DNA from: a virus
Lineage: Duplodnaviria; Caudoviricetes
Direction: 5' to 3' (one strand)
Virus record (IMG/VR): IMGVR_UViG_3300046461_000177
Coordinates: 1,400 to 65,399 of that record
DNA length: 64,000 bases
The stretch's first letter is position 1, and each line of letters starts with the position of its first letter. The notes beneath the pieces were generated by a model. That model saw nothing but the letters and a program-made list of their open reading frames with translations, searched no databases and had not been told where the DNA came from. Both the position numbers and the translations under genes were made by a program. Positions 38,497 to 48,342 of this stretch are shown here, piece after piece.

Positions 38497-39090
38497 TCAC
38501 TCCACGTGAGCCCAGGTAGCCCGGCGCAGCAAGGCACTCAGGGCGGGTTGCTTGATACCGAACTCCGCAGCCAGATCAACTTGACGCTCACCGCCCGCCG
38601 CATATCGCATGCGAATCTCGCGGACTTCGTCAATGGTCAGTTTAGTCGCGTGATTCTTCGCGCCGAGCATGGCCGTTCCATCGCGCACTTGGTCCAGCCA
38701 CTGCTCATTTCCGGTCCGCCACGACAGATGGGCGCCGTTGTAGCAGAGTCGATCGTGGCACGGTCCATGCGCCGCAGTTTTACCCGCAGGTCGCGGGCCG
38801 TGCCACGCCAAGCATGCAAGATGGTGCACGCCAAACTGCTGGCCGTTGATCTCCACGGCACCGTACCCCCGGGAAACTTTCCCAAAGGGCCACAGCTTGC
38901 ATCCATCTTGCTCGACATACACAGTGTTGTAGAAAAACTCGGCTCTATTGCCGGGGACTCTCAATGGGCCGCCGTGAAGCGGATCGCCATGGCGCAGCCA
39001 TCGCATGTAGTGAACGTTGCACATGCCTTGGGTGAGTCGGGATACGTCCACATGGTTCGGGTCGGGGATCGAGCAGATAAGATCGGCCAT
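38497..39090 (-). CDS. HNH homing endonuclease with C-terminal HTH
   Basis: C..W...GYG...HH.AC..WHG..P....AH.PC....C.N..HL.W; KLT...V.EIR...LA.EFGI. Confidence 0.85.
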   Translation of the reverse strand: MADLICSIPDPNHVDVSRLTQGMCNVHYMRWLRHGDPLHGGPLRVPGNRAEFFYNTVYVEQDGCKLWPFGKVSRGYGAVEINGQQFGVHHLACLAWHGPRPAGKTAAHGPCHDRLCYNGAHLSWRTGNEQWLDQVRDGTAMLGAKNHATKLTIDEVREIRMRYAAGGERQVDLAAEFGIKQPALSALLRRATWAHVE

Positions 39091-39167
39091 GTCGCTCCTT
39101 CGCAGCGTCCGGACTCAGGGCCGTTGGCGCGGCGCCTGAGTCATTTAGTTTACCAGGGTGGGACACT

Positions 39168-39980
39168 ATGATGTGGCTCGACGGAACCAACCCAGCCGTC
39201 CGCTCAGCCGTCGCATCAGGGGCCTGGGGTCGCGCCCCGCACAGCGAGCACGGCCACCAGATTCCAACTCCCCCAACGATCGACACGATCGCGACATCCC
39301 TCGACGTCGCCAGCGACATCCTCACCCGACTGACCGCGTTCGCGGTTCATCCCGCAATCGCCGTCGAGGAGGACTTCGTCGCGGCACCCAGGGTGACCAA
39401 GCTGTATCCCTCGTTCTCTCCGGTGCGATCGATCACGTCGGTGACCAGGCTCGCGGTGGCCGGTTCGTCGGACATCCAGCCGACGGGTTGGACGTCGTTC
39501 GGTGGGGCGATCTACTTCTCACCGGACTGCAGTGCGCTCTATGACGACTGGTTCCGGGGCTGGTGCGGCCACTGTGCCCCAGCCCGGGACTTCCTGCGGG
39601 TCGCCTACCATGCCGGCTCCACGATCACGGCCAGTGCCCGCCAGGCGGTCATCGCGCTGGCTCACGACATCTGGCTGGACGGTGTCGGCTGCGATGAGTG
39701 CGGCCTCCCGGAGCGCACGACCAACGTGACCCGCGAGGGCATCTCGTACAACATGGGTGACCCGAGCGATCCGCTCGGCGGCGCCCTGACCGGCATCCCT
39801 GCGGTCGACGTCTGGATCAAGGCCGTGAACCCCAAGCGGGCCGTCACGTCCGCCGGCGTCTGGTCCCCGGATAGTCCGCCGCCGGTGGTCCGCAGCGTCA
39901 AGACCGCTCGGCCCGAGTGGGGCAGCACGGTTAACCTGTTCGGTGACGTCTCAGTGAACATCACTACGGCGTCCGCATGA
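39168..39980 (+). CDS. Head-to-tail adaptor
   Basis: C.LP.R.T.VTREGISY, TGIP.VD.WI..VNP. Confidence 0.75.
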   Translation: MMWLDGTNPAVRSAVASGAWGRAPHSEHGHQIPTPPTIDTIATSLDVASDILTRLTAFAVHPAIAVEEDFVAAPRVTKLYPSFSPVRSITSVTRLAVAGSSDIQPTGWTSFGGAIYFSPDCSALYDDWFRGWCGHCAPARDFLRVAYHAGSTITASARQAVIALAHDIWLDGVGCDECGLPERTTNVTREGISYNMGDPSDPLGGALTGIPAVDVWIKAVNPKRAVTSAGVWSPDSPPPVVRSVKTARPEWGSTVNLFGDVSVNITTASA

Positions 39981-40119
39981 TGTCCGCCCGCGAGCCCGGC
40001 CTCGTCGGCGGCAGTTCCCTGGAATGCGACGGCGCACCCATGCTGGGCGTGAACGCCACCAGGGAGTCCGATCCCCCCGCGTTCGCGCGGTCGGGGCCAC
40101 GGGGGCGTGGGGGGCATCG

Positions 40120-40641
40120 GTGACGGAGGTCATTTACACCAGGGGCGAGAATCCTGACTACTCGTCGGCGCCGATCCAGCCGCGCGTGGCGACGCTGATG
40201 TCCATGTGCCAGGAGGTGCTGGCCCGGCTGCGGAACGTCGCCGCGGAGGCCGGCATCAAACTACCTGACCGTCAGTTCGTGCACATGACGACGGCGCCTC
40301 TCGACTGCGAGCAGGTGGCTGTGGTTTTCAACGGCTGGGTGGGCGAGCCCGCCGTACAGGACATGGTCGTCTGTACCCAGTTCCGCTGGTGCGCGCAGAT
40401 CGGCGTCGCGATCAGCCGCTGCACCCCGGCGATCCCGGGTCGGACATCAGCGGCACCCAAGGTCGAGCAGATGAACGCCGCAGCGCAGATCGCCTCCGAC
40501 GACGCAGAGCTGCTGATCGCACTGGCCATGGGCTTCGGGGAGTTCGGCGCCGACCTGAATATCACCGCCCAGGAGCCGGAGGGCGGCTACCAGGCCGTCA
40601 CCCTCAGCGTCCGCCTGCCCGCCTTCGGAGGGCTGGGCTGA
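40120..40641 (+). CDS. Tail terminator-like protein
   Basis: DC.Q, .RC.P, PEGG motif; position. Confidence 0.55.
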   Translation: MTEVIYTRGENPDYSSAPIQPRVATLMSMCQEVLARLRNVAAEAGIKLPDRQFVHMTTAPLDCEQVAVVFNGWVGEPAVQDMVVCTQFRWCAQIGVAISRCTPAIPGRTSAAPKVEQMNAAAQIASDDAELLIALAMGFGEFGADLNITAQEPEGGYQAVTLSVRLPAFGGLG

Positions 40642-41084
40642 TGGCCCAGGTGACGATCATCCTGTACCGACCGGTGATCGACTTCATGAAAAGCTGGGAA
40701 GGCGACATCGGCCTAGCCGTGCACCGGCTGGCCGACAATATCGCCGTGGCCCAGCGGGTTTTCGCGCCCAAGAAAACGGGCCGCCTGGTGGAGAGCATCT
40801 CGGTCGGCGCTCGTAGCAACTGGCCGCGCGGCATCCAGATTTCCGTCGGCGCCAACCCTTCGCGCGGCACGAGCAAGAAGGGTTACGCCTGGTGGACCAG
40901 TGAGGGCGCATTGCCCCACCCCATCGACCCGAAGCCACGCAACAAGACCGGGGAGTTGGTCTTTTTCTGGGCAAAGGTCGGTCATGTCGTGCGGCTGAAA
41001 CACGTAAACCACCCCGGCATTCGCAACCCCAGTCACTGGGTCATGCGCGGCGGGGAGGCCGGCGTGGCAGGCTGGTTCGGTTAG
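40641..41084 (+). CDS. HK97 gp10-like neck / tail completion protein
   Basis: AP.KTGRL..SI, EG..PH.I, V.HPG. Confidence 0.7.
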   Translation: MAQVTIILYRPVIDFMKSWEGDIGLAVHRLADNIAVAQRVFAPKKTGRLVESISVGARSNWPRGIQISVGANPSRGTSKKGYAWWTSEGALPHPIDPKPRNKTGELVFFWAKVGHVVRLKHVNHPGIRNPSHWVMRGGEAGVAGWFG

Positions 41085-41120
41085 TCCCAACAATCGCAGT
41101 ACCGATGAGATGGAGATGGC

Positions 41121-41564
41121 ATAGCACACAAATCGTTCCGGCGGGCACAAAATCTGGACCCGATCGTCTTCGATGTTCCTGGGCCGGACGGGGGCGAGGT
41201 CACCTTCCACTGTGAGAACGAGATTCCCGGTGGGGTGGTGTTCGCCTTCATCGAGGAGCAGGACGAAGGCAAGGACGCGAACGCACTGACCGCGGTCTGG
41301 GACCTGTTCGACGCTGCGATCGTGGATGACGAGATCGAGCTGTTCCACACGATGGCGAAGTCCAAGGCCAAGAACCAGGGAATCCCGATGAGCATCCTCA
41401 TGGAGTTGGCGACCTGGCTGACGGAGCAGTACAGCGCCCGCCCTACTGGGCCGACCTCGGTAGATGGGCAATCAGCGAAACCGTCTGGGTCGGCCTCGAC
41501 GGGTGGTGCCTTGCGCGCGGTCACGACCTACTCAAAACCGGAGCCGGGCGTGCTTACAACCTGA
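41121..41564 (+). CDS. Tail assembly chaperone (short form; probable ATA start)
   Basis: GGAG 5 nt before in-frame ATA-GCA-CAC-AAA-TCG-TTC; WL.EQYSARPT motif; upstream of TMP. Confidence 0.7.
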   Translation: MAHKSFRRAQNLDPIVFDVPGPDGGEVTFHCENEIPGGVVFAFIEEQDEGKDANALTAVWDLFDAAIVDDEIELFHTMAKSKAKNQGIPMSILMELATWLTEQYSARPTGPTSVDGQSAKPSGSASTGGALRAVTTYSKPEPGVLTT

Positions 41565-41722
41565 TAGAGACCTACCTCGCCACCACCGGCGAGGACACCG
41601 AGGGCTGGAAGGCGGCCCAACTGCAGTTCGCCCGGATCACCAAGCGGATCAGGGATTTCGAGAAGGACCCGCAAGCCGCACTGGACGCCATGGACGTGGC
41701 GCCACATCTCGCGAACAGATAG
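41441..41722 (+). CDS. Tail assembly chaperone -1 frame extension
   Basis: Open -1 frame PYWADLGRWA...W..LDGW...G.DL...R.YNLI ending just before TMP. Confidence 0.6.
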   Translation, partial: PYWADLGRWAISETVWVGLDGWCLARGHDLLKTGAGRAYNLIETYLATTGEDTEGWKAAQLQFARITKRIRDFEKDPQAALDAMDVAPHLANR

Positions 41723-41734
41723 GAGGCGAGTCCC

Positions 41735-44700
41735 TTGCCCATCGTTGGCGAAGCCATTATCCGGGTGAGGGTTTCGTCCAGCCAGCTTGCTTCCGACATC
41801 CGCAACGCCGTCCGTGACGGCTTCCGCGCCACCGACAAGGACATCGACTCCGAGGGCGAGCGCCTCGGGAAGCGGTTCAGCAACTCCATCGGCAACGGAA
41901 TACGGGACCGGGAGGACGGGCTCGGCCAGAACATCAGCTCGTCCGTCCGGCGCAGCACCATCGCGGCTGGCAGTCGAGTGGATGATCATGGCGCAACGCT
42001 GGGCCGCCGGTTCAGTAATGCCGTCGGCAGCGGTGTCCGGGACAACGAGGACCGTCTCGGCACGTCGGTCGACAACTCGATACGGCGCATCGGTCGGCGG
42101 GCCGGGACCAGCATCGGGTCGAACATCAGCGGTGCTCTGCGAGCGGCGAGCCCCAGCCTGCAGCAGGCCGGTGCGCAGGTTGGTGCGCAGGCTGGGCAGG
42201 CGATCCAGAACGGCATCACGCGGAACGTCAACCGGAACCGTGGCGGCATCCTGAGCCAGTTCCACGGGCTCGGGAAGGACATCGGCCAGTCGTTCAATCT
42301 GGGTATCGGTGCAGCCCGGATGGGCCCGGCGGTCATCGCCGCCCTGATCGCGATCGGCCCGTCCCTCATCTCAGGGGTCGGTGCGATCCTCACGGCGGTA
42401 CTGGCGGATGTCATCAACTTCGCCGCCGCCATCGGACCCGGTCTTGCGGGCGGTATCGGGCTCGGCCTGGCCGGGATCTCGACCCTGGCGCTCAATCTCG
42501 GCTTGTTGAAGCTGGCTTTCGGCGGAAATACCGCTCAGGCCAAGGCTTTCAAAGCCGAGGTGAACACTCTCAAAGAGACCCTGACGGCGTCCTTTGCGCC
42601 GCAAGTCCTGTCCGGGTTCACCGATGCAGTCAAGACCCTGGGCAGCACGCTACTACCGGCGGTCAATGACGAACTCAAAGCGACCGGCACAGCCATGGGC
42701 GACATCGCCCGCGGCCTCGCCGCCACGGTCACCAGTAGTGCCAACCTGGGGCGGATCAAGGGAATCCTGGCCACCAACACCACGTTCCTGCAGAACTTCG
42801 GTCAGGGGCTCAATGGGATCGCCACCTCGTTCCTGATCCTGTTCAATGCGTCCAAGCCGTTCGTGGACTTCCTGGGCACCTCGATCAAGCGGTTCGGAGA
42901 GTGGGCTTCGGCCAGTCTCGCGGTCTCAGAGGCCAACGGAAGTCTTGCCACTTGGATGGACGGCATGCTTGCGTCGTTCAAGGATCTCGCGAGGATCGTC
43001 GCGAACTTCGGCGGCGGTCTGCGGAACATCTTCCGGGCGGCTGCTCCGGCCGGACAGTCCCTTTTGGACTCCATTCGTGGCATTGCGGAGCGGTTCCACG
43101 CCTGGACATCCGATACCACCAATATGGCGCGGATGGAGGCGTTTTTCACCAAGGCCAGGACCCTTGCCAGCAAGGTCTACGACCTGCTGGGGGCGATCTT
43201 CACGGCGGGTGGGAGAGCTTTCGAGGGGATGGATCTCGGCCCGATCCTGCACGCGCTGGATGTCCTGAAAGACACCGTGGCACCGGCCATCGCCCGGATC
43301 TTCAAGCAGATCCAGACAGCCGTCGGGCCAAGCCTCGTCAAGATTTTCGACAACCTTGGCGTCACCTTCACCAAGATCGCCGACTCCGGCGTGATCGGCA
43401 AAGTGGCCGAGGCGGTCGGCGCCCTGTTCCTCGCCCTGTCCAACCTCTTTGCGACCGACTTCGGGGCGCAGATCGCCGGCCTTGGGCTGGCTTTCTTGCT
43501 GTTCGGTGGCATCCTGAAACCGATCATCGAGGTCCTCGGCGTCCTGGGTCGGTTCGTGCCCGTCCTCGCTGGCCTCTCTGCGCCAGTCCTGGCAGTAGTT
43601 GCCGCGTTCGCCGCGGCCGCGGGGGTGTTCCTTCTCGCCTGGACCAATTCGGAGAAGTTCCGCGCCGCGGTCGAGGAGATGGGCACGACCCTCCGAGAGA
43701 AACTCGCGCCGATCGTGGAGGTCGTCGGCGAGAGTTTCGGTCGCCTGTGGGAGGCCATCCAGCGGCTGGGCAAGGCGCTCGGCGATTTCCTGGCGCCGAT
43801 CATCAAGAACATCATCACGCCGGTGCTGGTCGCCCTCGGGGACATCATCGGCGGGGTCCTGGCGGTCGTCCTGGAGAACCTCACCCTGCTGGCGGACTTC
43901 CTGACCGGAGTGATCAGCGGCGACTGGCAGCCCTTCGCGGACGAGTTGCGGCGGCTGCAACTCCTCATCCAGGGCTGGTGGATCGACTTCGTCAACTGGT
44001 TCTCCGGGGCCTGGGACACGTTCTGGAATGACACCCTGCCCAAGGCTTGGGAGGACTTTAAGACGGAGTTCGCCAGGCAATGGGACGAGTACTGGACAGT
44101 TGTCATTCCTCGCACGTGGGATCAATTCGCCACGGCGATGAGTGATGCGTGGGATCAGTTCTGGAATACAGACTTGCCGAACCTCTGGGACACGTTCAGC
44201 ACCTGGTTCAGTGCCCAGTGGCACGACGCGCTGGAACGTGACATCCCCGGTACTTGGGACGCCTTCGTCGCGAACGTCGGACCGAGTTGGGACACGTTCT
44301 GGAACGACACACTGCCCCATGCCTGGGACATCTTCAAAGAGAAGATGAACACGTTCTGGACGGTCGACCTACCGGGTGTGCTCACGACCGCACTGAACGG
44401 CATCCAGACGTTTTTTGCCGATTTCTGGACGACGACCATTCCGAATATCTTCACCGATTTCACCGACAAGTTCCGGCCGCTCTGGGATAAATGGTGGGGT
44501 GAGGTGTCGACCGGCTGGCTGAATGATTTTAGCTTCGCCGACGAGTGGCCGAAGTTCTGGAGCGAGACGGTACCCAAGGCATTCGACAACTTCTCATCAT
44601 CCTTCGGCGCGACTTGGGATAATTTCTGGCAGGTCACCCTGCCCAACGCGGCAGGGCAACTCGGCATCAACCTGTTGAACGAGATCGATGACCTGACCAG

Positions 44701-46123
44701 CGATCTCGGCACCTGGCTCAGTGGCCTGGGTAGCGGCTTCGGCGCGGACTGGGATGAGTTCTGGAACGTCACCTTGCCGAACGCGGTCGGCCAACTCGGG
44801 ATCGATGTCCTGAACTCGCTGACCGACTTCGGGCCGGGGCTCGGGACGTGGTTCACCACCTGGACGACCAACCTGGGTACCGAGTGGATGACCTTCTGGC
44901 AAACGACCCTGCCGGGCTTCGTCAGTGGACTCTGGACCGGCGTCAATACCGAGCTGGACACCATGACCACCAACATCGGCAACTGGTTCAGTGGCTGGAC
45001 CAGTTCGTTCGGCACTAGCTGGAACGACTTCTGGGGCACCACCCTGCCGGACTTCATGGTCTCCCTCACCGTCAAGGGTGCGGACCCACTGGAGGCGTTC
45101 AAGACCATGGTCAGCGGTAAGTGGGACGAGTTCACCACCTGGTTCGGCGGACTGTGGGACAAGTTCTGGGGGACGGACCTGCCCGACAAGGTGGACCCCG
45201 TAACACCTGCCGTGGCTGGGAAGTGGGAAGAGTTCAAGGCGATGCTCAGCGGCAAGTGGCAGGAGTTCAAGGACTGGCTCGGTGGCCTGTGGGACAGCTT
45301 CTGGGGCAGCGACCTGCCGAACAAGGTGGATCAGGTCACCCCCGCTGTTTCGACCAAACTGGACGTCCTGAAAGGCATGATCAATCAGAAGTGGGAGGAC
45401 ATCAAGAGCGGCGTCGGGCAGAAGATCGATGAACTCAAAGCGAGCATCTCTCAGCAGTGGGAGGACATCAAGACTGCCGTCATGGGAAAGGTCAACAGCC
45501 TGATCACGGACGTCAATAACCTGTTCACCGGCTGGGGGTTCCCAGACATCGGCGCCCTCCTGCAGGAGCACATTGTCAAGCCGTTCCAGACAGCCTGGGA
45601 GGACATCTCCAGACTGGTCGGCCAGATCACCGGCGCCACTAATGTTCTCAACACCGCGAAGTCCGCCCTGGACTCCGCGAACGCAGCTTTGGGTAACGCG
45701 GTGGCAGGCACTCCGGTGGCCAATCCACAGTTCGTCACCACCACTCGGTCGGTCGCCGGGAGTAATGCAGTCAGGAGTGTTCTCGGTTGGGAGGGCATCG
45801 GCGGCGGCCTGCTCCGGGCGCTACAGGCCATGCCGGGCCTTGCCACCGGCGGTATCGTCCCGGCGACCCCCGGCGGCAGCGTCTTCCGACTCGCCGAAGC
45901 CGGACGGCCCGAGCGCGTGGAGCCACTGGATAGCTCAGGGCTGTCCAACCGGGACCGGGCCATGATCAAGAGCATCGTTGGGGCCACCGTCTCGATGATG
46001 TCCGGCGGCGGGGTCAACGTGGACGTGACCATCGGAGAGAAGGGCCTCGACCAGTTCGTGACGCAAACCATCCGGCGTGAGGAATCGAACACCGCCCGGC
46101 GATACAAGGCGGTCAAGCGATGA
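41735..46123 (+). CDS. Tape measure protein
   Basis: 1462 aa, IVGEA.IRV start, Trp-periodic W..FW..LP repeats, LATGG...AEAG.PE.V.PL end. Confidence 0.95.
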   Translation: MPIVGEAIIRVRVSSSQLASDIRNAVRDGFRATDKDIDSEGERLGKRFSNSIGNGIRDREDGLGQNISSSVRRSTIAAGSRVDDHGATLGRRFSNAVGSGVRDNEDRLGTSVDNSIRRIGRRAGTSIGSNISGALRAASPSLQQAGAQVGAQAGQAIQNGITRNVNRNRGGILSQFHGLGKDIGQSFNLGIGAARMGPAVIAALIAIGPSLISGVGAILTAVLADVINFAAAIGPGLAGGIGLGLAGISTLALNLGLLKLAFGGNTAQAKAFKAEVNTLKETLTASFAPQVLSGFTDAVKTLGSTLLPAVNDELKATGTAMGDIARGLAATVTSSANLGRIKGILATNTTFLQNFGQGLNGIATSFLILFNASKPFVDFLGTSIKRFGEWASASLAVSEANGSLATWMDGMLASFKDLARIVANFGGGLRNIFRAAAPAGQSLLDSIRGIAERFHAWTSDTTNMARMEAFFTKARTLASKVYDLLGAIFTAGGRAFEGMDLGPILHALDVLKDTVAPAIARIFKQIQTAVGPSLVKIFDNLGVTFTKIADSGVIGKVAEAVGALFLALSNLFATDFGAQIAGLGLAFLLFGGILKPIIEVLGVLGRFVPVLAGLSAPVLAVVAAFAAAAGVFLLAWTNSEKFRAAVEEMGTTLREKLAPIVEVVGESFGRLWEAIQRLGKALGDFLAPIIKNIITPVLVALGDIIGGVLAVVLENLTLLADFLTGVISGDWQPFADELRRLQLLIQGWWIDFVNWFSGAWDTFWNDTLPKAWEDFKTEFARQWDEYWTVVIPRTWDQFATAMSDAWDQFWNTDLPNLWDTFSTWFSAQWHDALERDIPGTWDAFVANVGPSWDTFWNDTLPHAWDIFKEKMNTFWTVDLPGVLTTALNGIQTFFADFWTTTIPNIFTDFTDKFRPLWDKWWGEVSTGWLNDFSFADEWPKFWSETVPKAFDNFSSSFGATWDNFWQVTLPNAAGQLGINLLNEIDDLTSDLGTWLSGLGSGFGADWDEFWNVTLPNAVGQLGIDVLNSLTDFGPGLGTWFTTWTTNLGTEWMTFWQTTLPGFVSGLWTGVNTELDTMTTNIGNWFSGWTSSFGTSWNDFWGTTLPDFMVSLTVKGADPLEAFKTMVSGKWDEFTTWFGGLWDKFWGTDLPDKVDPVTPAVAGKWEEFKAMLSGKWQEFKDWLGGLWDSFWGSDLPNKVDQVTPAVSTKLDVLKGMINQKWEDIKSGVGQKIDELKASISQQWEDIKTAVMGKVNSLITDVNNLFTGWGFPDIGALLQEHIVKPFQTAWEDISRLVGQITGATNVLNTAKSALDSANAALGNAVAGTPVANPQFVTTTRSVAGSNAVRSVLGWEGIGGGLLRALQAMPGLATGGIVPATPGGSVFRLAEAGRPERVEPLDSSGLSNRDRAMIKSIVGATVSMMSGGGVNVDVTIGEKGLDQFVTQTIRREESNTARRYKAVKR

Positions 46124-48342
46124 TCAAGTGCGAGCCTCGCGTCGACCAGGGCCTGATGCGGATCACCGGGACCACCCCGAACGGCAACGCCACGGTCACC
46201 CGCGAGGTCGACGGCCTGACACCGGTCCTGCTGCGTGGAGGGATCCGGACCATCAGCACCGGCGGCATCTCGATGGACGACACGGAGGCCCCGCTGGGCG
46301 TGCCCCTGACGTACCGGGTGGCAGTCAGTGGGATCTCATCGCCGGACCGGGTTGTCCAGCAGAATCTGGCGCTCACCCCGACATTCCTGCACGGCGTGCA
46401 GGGCTGGCTGGCCGGCAGTGGTGCTGGCCGATCTCTGGTTGTCGAGGCCGACTCGACCGCCCACTCCGCTTCGGTGGGGCATTTCATCGGCAGTACCGCG
46501 GGGGTGGCGCCGCCGGCCGCGCCAACCCTGGTCGGGCATGTCGACTCCACGGTGTTCGTCTCCGCGAACTACACGCTCACCCCGCCGACGTCGGGCGGCA
46601 CCGCCATTGCGACCGGCGACTGGATGCTACTGGTGCACCAGCAGCTTGCCTCGGCGGCGACCCCTACGGTGGCCGCCGGGTGGACCTTGACCGACGACAC
46701 AACATCCGGAACCATTCGGCAGGTCGTTTGGTCGCAGAAACGCACCGCCGGTGACCAGACCGGGGCGGTGGGCTACACGGTCACGACCGGTACTGGCGCG
46801 AGTGCCATCGGCACGCTGCTCTGGATCCGCGGAGCTACCCAGGATCAGATCGTGAAGACGCCCGTCACAGTTGCCAATGGCGCAGGCAATCAGCTATTCA
46901 CCGCCACGACATCGGTCAGCCGACCCCATTTGACGCTGTCGTTCATGAGCGCCAGTATGGGCGCGCTCGGTGTCATCCCGGTCTCCGGCTCGGTCACCGG
47001 CGGAACCTTCCAGTACGCCAGGAGCGCGGTAGGTAACCCGCGCACGCTGGCGGTCATCGCGGACTCTGCGGCGAACGCGGGCGATACCCGGCAGGCCGTG
47101 GTCGACTACGGCGACACCGTCGCTTCGGGTGTCGCACTGCAATTGAGCCTGCAGGTCTCGGCCAGCCTGACCAACCGCATCATTGCTCGCGGCAAGCTGG
47201 CAGCCCTTCCCGGCTCTCCGCAGCCGTATGTGCTCACCGGGCGGCTGCGGTTCAACACTGTCACGCTGAACGACTGGCAGGACATCAAGACCTTCGGAAC
47301 CTGGCAGCAGGTCAAGACGAGCAAGGGGACCTGGCTCGGGGTCCGGGGTTCCGCATCGGTCGATACCGATGAGTTCCTATCCTTGTTCCTGTCGATCGTG
47401 GATCCGGGCACCGGGAACGACTACATCACCCCGGTCCGGATCTACAACATAACCGGGTCGAGACTCAACACCTGGATTGACTTCTCGGCACTATTCAGCA
47501 CCGCTACCGCGATTCCATCCACAGCGGAGTTGAGGCTCTTCCATGGAACCAACGTCGCGGAGTACGCCACCGACATCTGGCTGGATGAGGTCGGGGTGAC
47601 GCCGGGTGCCCAGTTTTTCGGGCACCCCTCGCTGTACTGGTTCGACGGCGACACCCCAGTGCCAGCCGACCCGGCCTCCTATCCGCAGCCCGGTTTTGTC
47701 GCGGACTCGTCCGACTCCTCGATCACCTGGACCGGCACGGTGGGTAACTCGGTGTCGGTGTTCACTGGCCCGAGCGCGATGCATGCCGTCACGACCTGTC
47801 AACTGGACGAGTCGGACAGTGCTCGGATCCTGCCCTGCGAGCCAGTGCTGATCTCGGATCCGGTGAACGTCACCCTGGCCATCTGGATGGGCCTGATTCA
47901 CATCGACGCGCTGGTCCACCCGTCCAAGCAGGCGATCCATCAGATCATCAATCGAGCCGCACCGGTGGCGATCTCGCAGGTGCGAGGCTGGGAAACCGGC
48001 CAGATCACCCTGCTGACCATGAACATGGACCAGCGCAAGCAGGTGCTCAACGTCATCTCCTCTGGGCGAATCGTTTTGCTGCGCAACCCGATTCCCGACT
48101 ACCCGGAGAACAACTGGTATCTCGCGCTCGGCGACATCACCGAGGACCGACCGGTGCCGAACCAGCGGGTCACCGTGCGCGAGTGGACTCTGCCGTTTGT
48201 CCGGGTCGAGCGACCCAGTGGTCTCATCGAGGCCGGCGGTGGCCGGACCTGGCAGCAGATCAAGGATCTCGGCACCTGGCAGACCGTGCGGGACACCAAC
48301 CAAGACTGGCTGTCGGTGCTCGTCGGAACCTCGGTGTCCTGA
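46120..48342 (+). CDS. Minor tail (Dit-like) protein with inserted beta-sandwich domains
   Basis: D.EAPLGVP.TY, WFDGDTP, R.W.LPFV.V.RP; follows TMP. Confidence 0.75.
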   Translation: MIKCEPRVDQGLMRITGTTPNGNATVTREVDGLTPVLLRGGIRTISTGGISMDDTEAPLGVPLTYRVAVSGISSPDRVVQQNLALTPTFLHGVQGWLAGSGAGRSLVVEADSTAHSASVGHFIGSTAGVAPPAAPTLVGHVDSTVFVSANYTLTPPTSGGTAIATGDWMLLVHQQLASAATPTVAAGWTLTDDTTSGTIRQVVWSQKRTAGDQTGAVGYTVTTGTGASAIGTLLWIRGATQDQIVKTPVTVANGAGNQLFTATTSVSRPHLTLSFMSASMGALGVIPVSGSVTGGTFQYARSAVGNPRTLAVIADSAANAGDTRQAVVDYGDTVASGVALQLSLQVSASLTNRIIARGKLAALPGSPQPYVLTGRLRFNTVTLNDWQDIKTFGTWQQVKTSKGTWLGVRGSASVDTDEFLSLFLSIVDPGTGNDYITPVRIYNITGSRLNTWIDFSALFSTATAIPSTAELRLFHGTNVAEYATDIWLDEVGVTPGAQFFGHPSLYWFDGDTPVPADPASYPQPGFVADSSDSSITWTGTVGNSVSVFTGPSAMHAVTTCQLDESDSARILPCEPVLISDPVNVTLAIWMGLIHIDALVHPSKQAIHQIINRAAPVAISQVRGWETGQITLLTMNMDQRKQVLNVISSGRIVLLRNPIPDYPENNWYLALGDITEDRPVPNQRVTVREWTLPFVRVERPSGLIEAGGGRTWQQIKDLGTWQTVRDTNQDWLSVLVGTSVS

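Noticed and set aside
39977-40123. 48-codon ORF bridging adaptor and tail terminator genes
   Set aside because: Coupled at both ends but with no recognisable features; too weak to call.
43950-45500. Periodic TGGGAC/TTCTGG repeats resembling an array
   Set aside because: These encode Trp-periodic tape-measure repeats; not CRISPR (no constant repeat or spacers).
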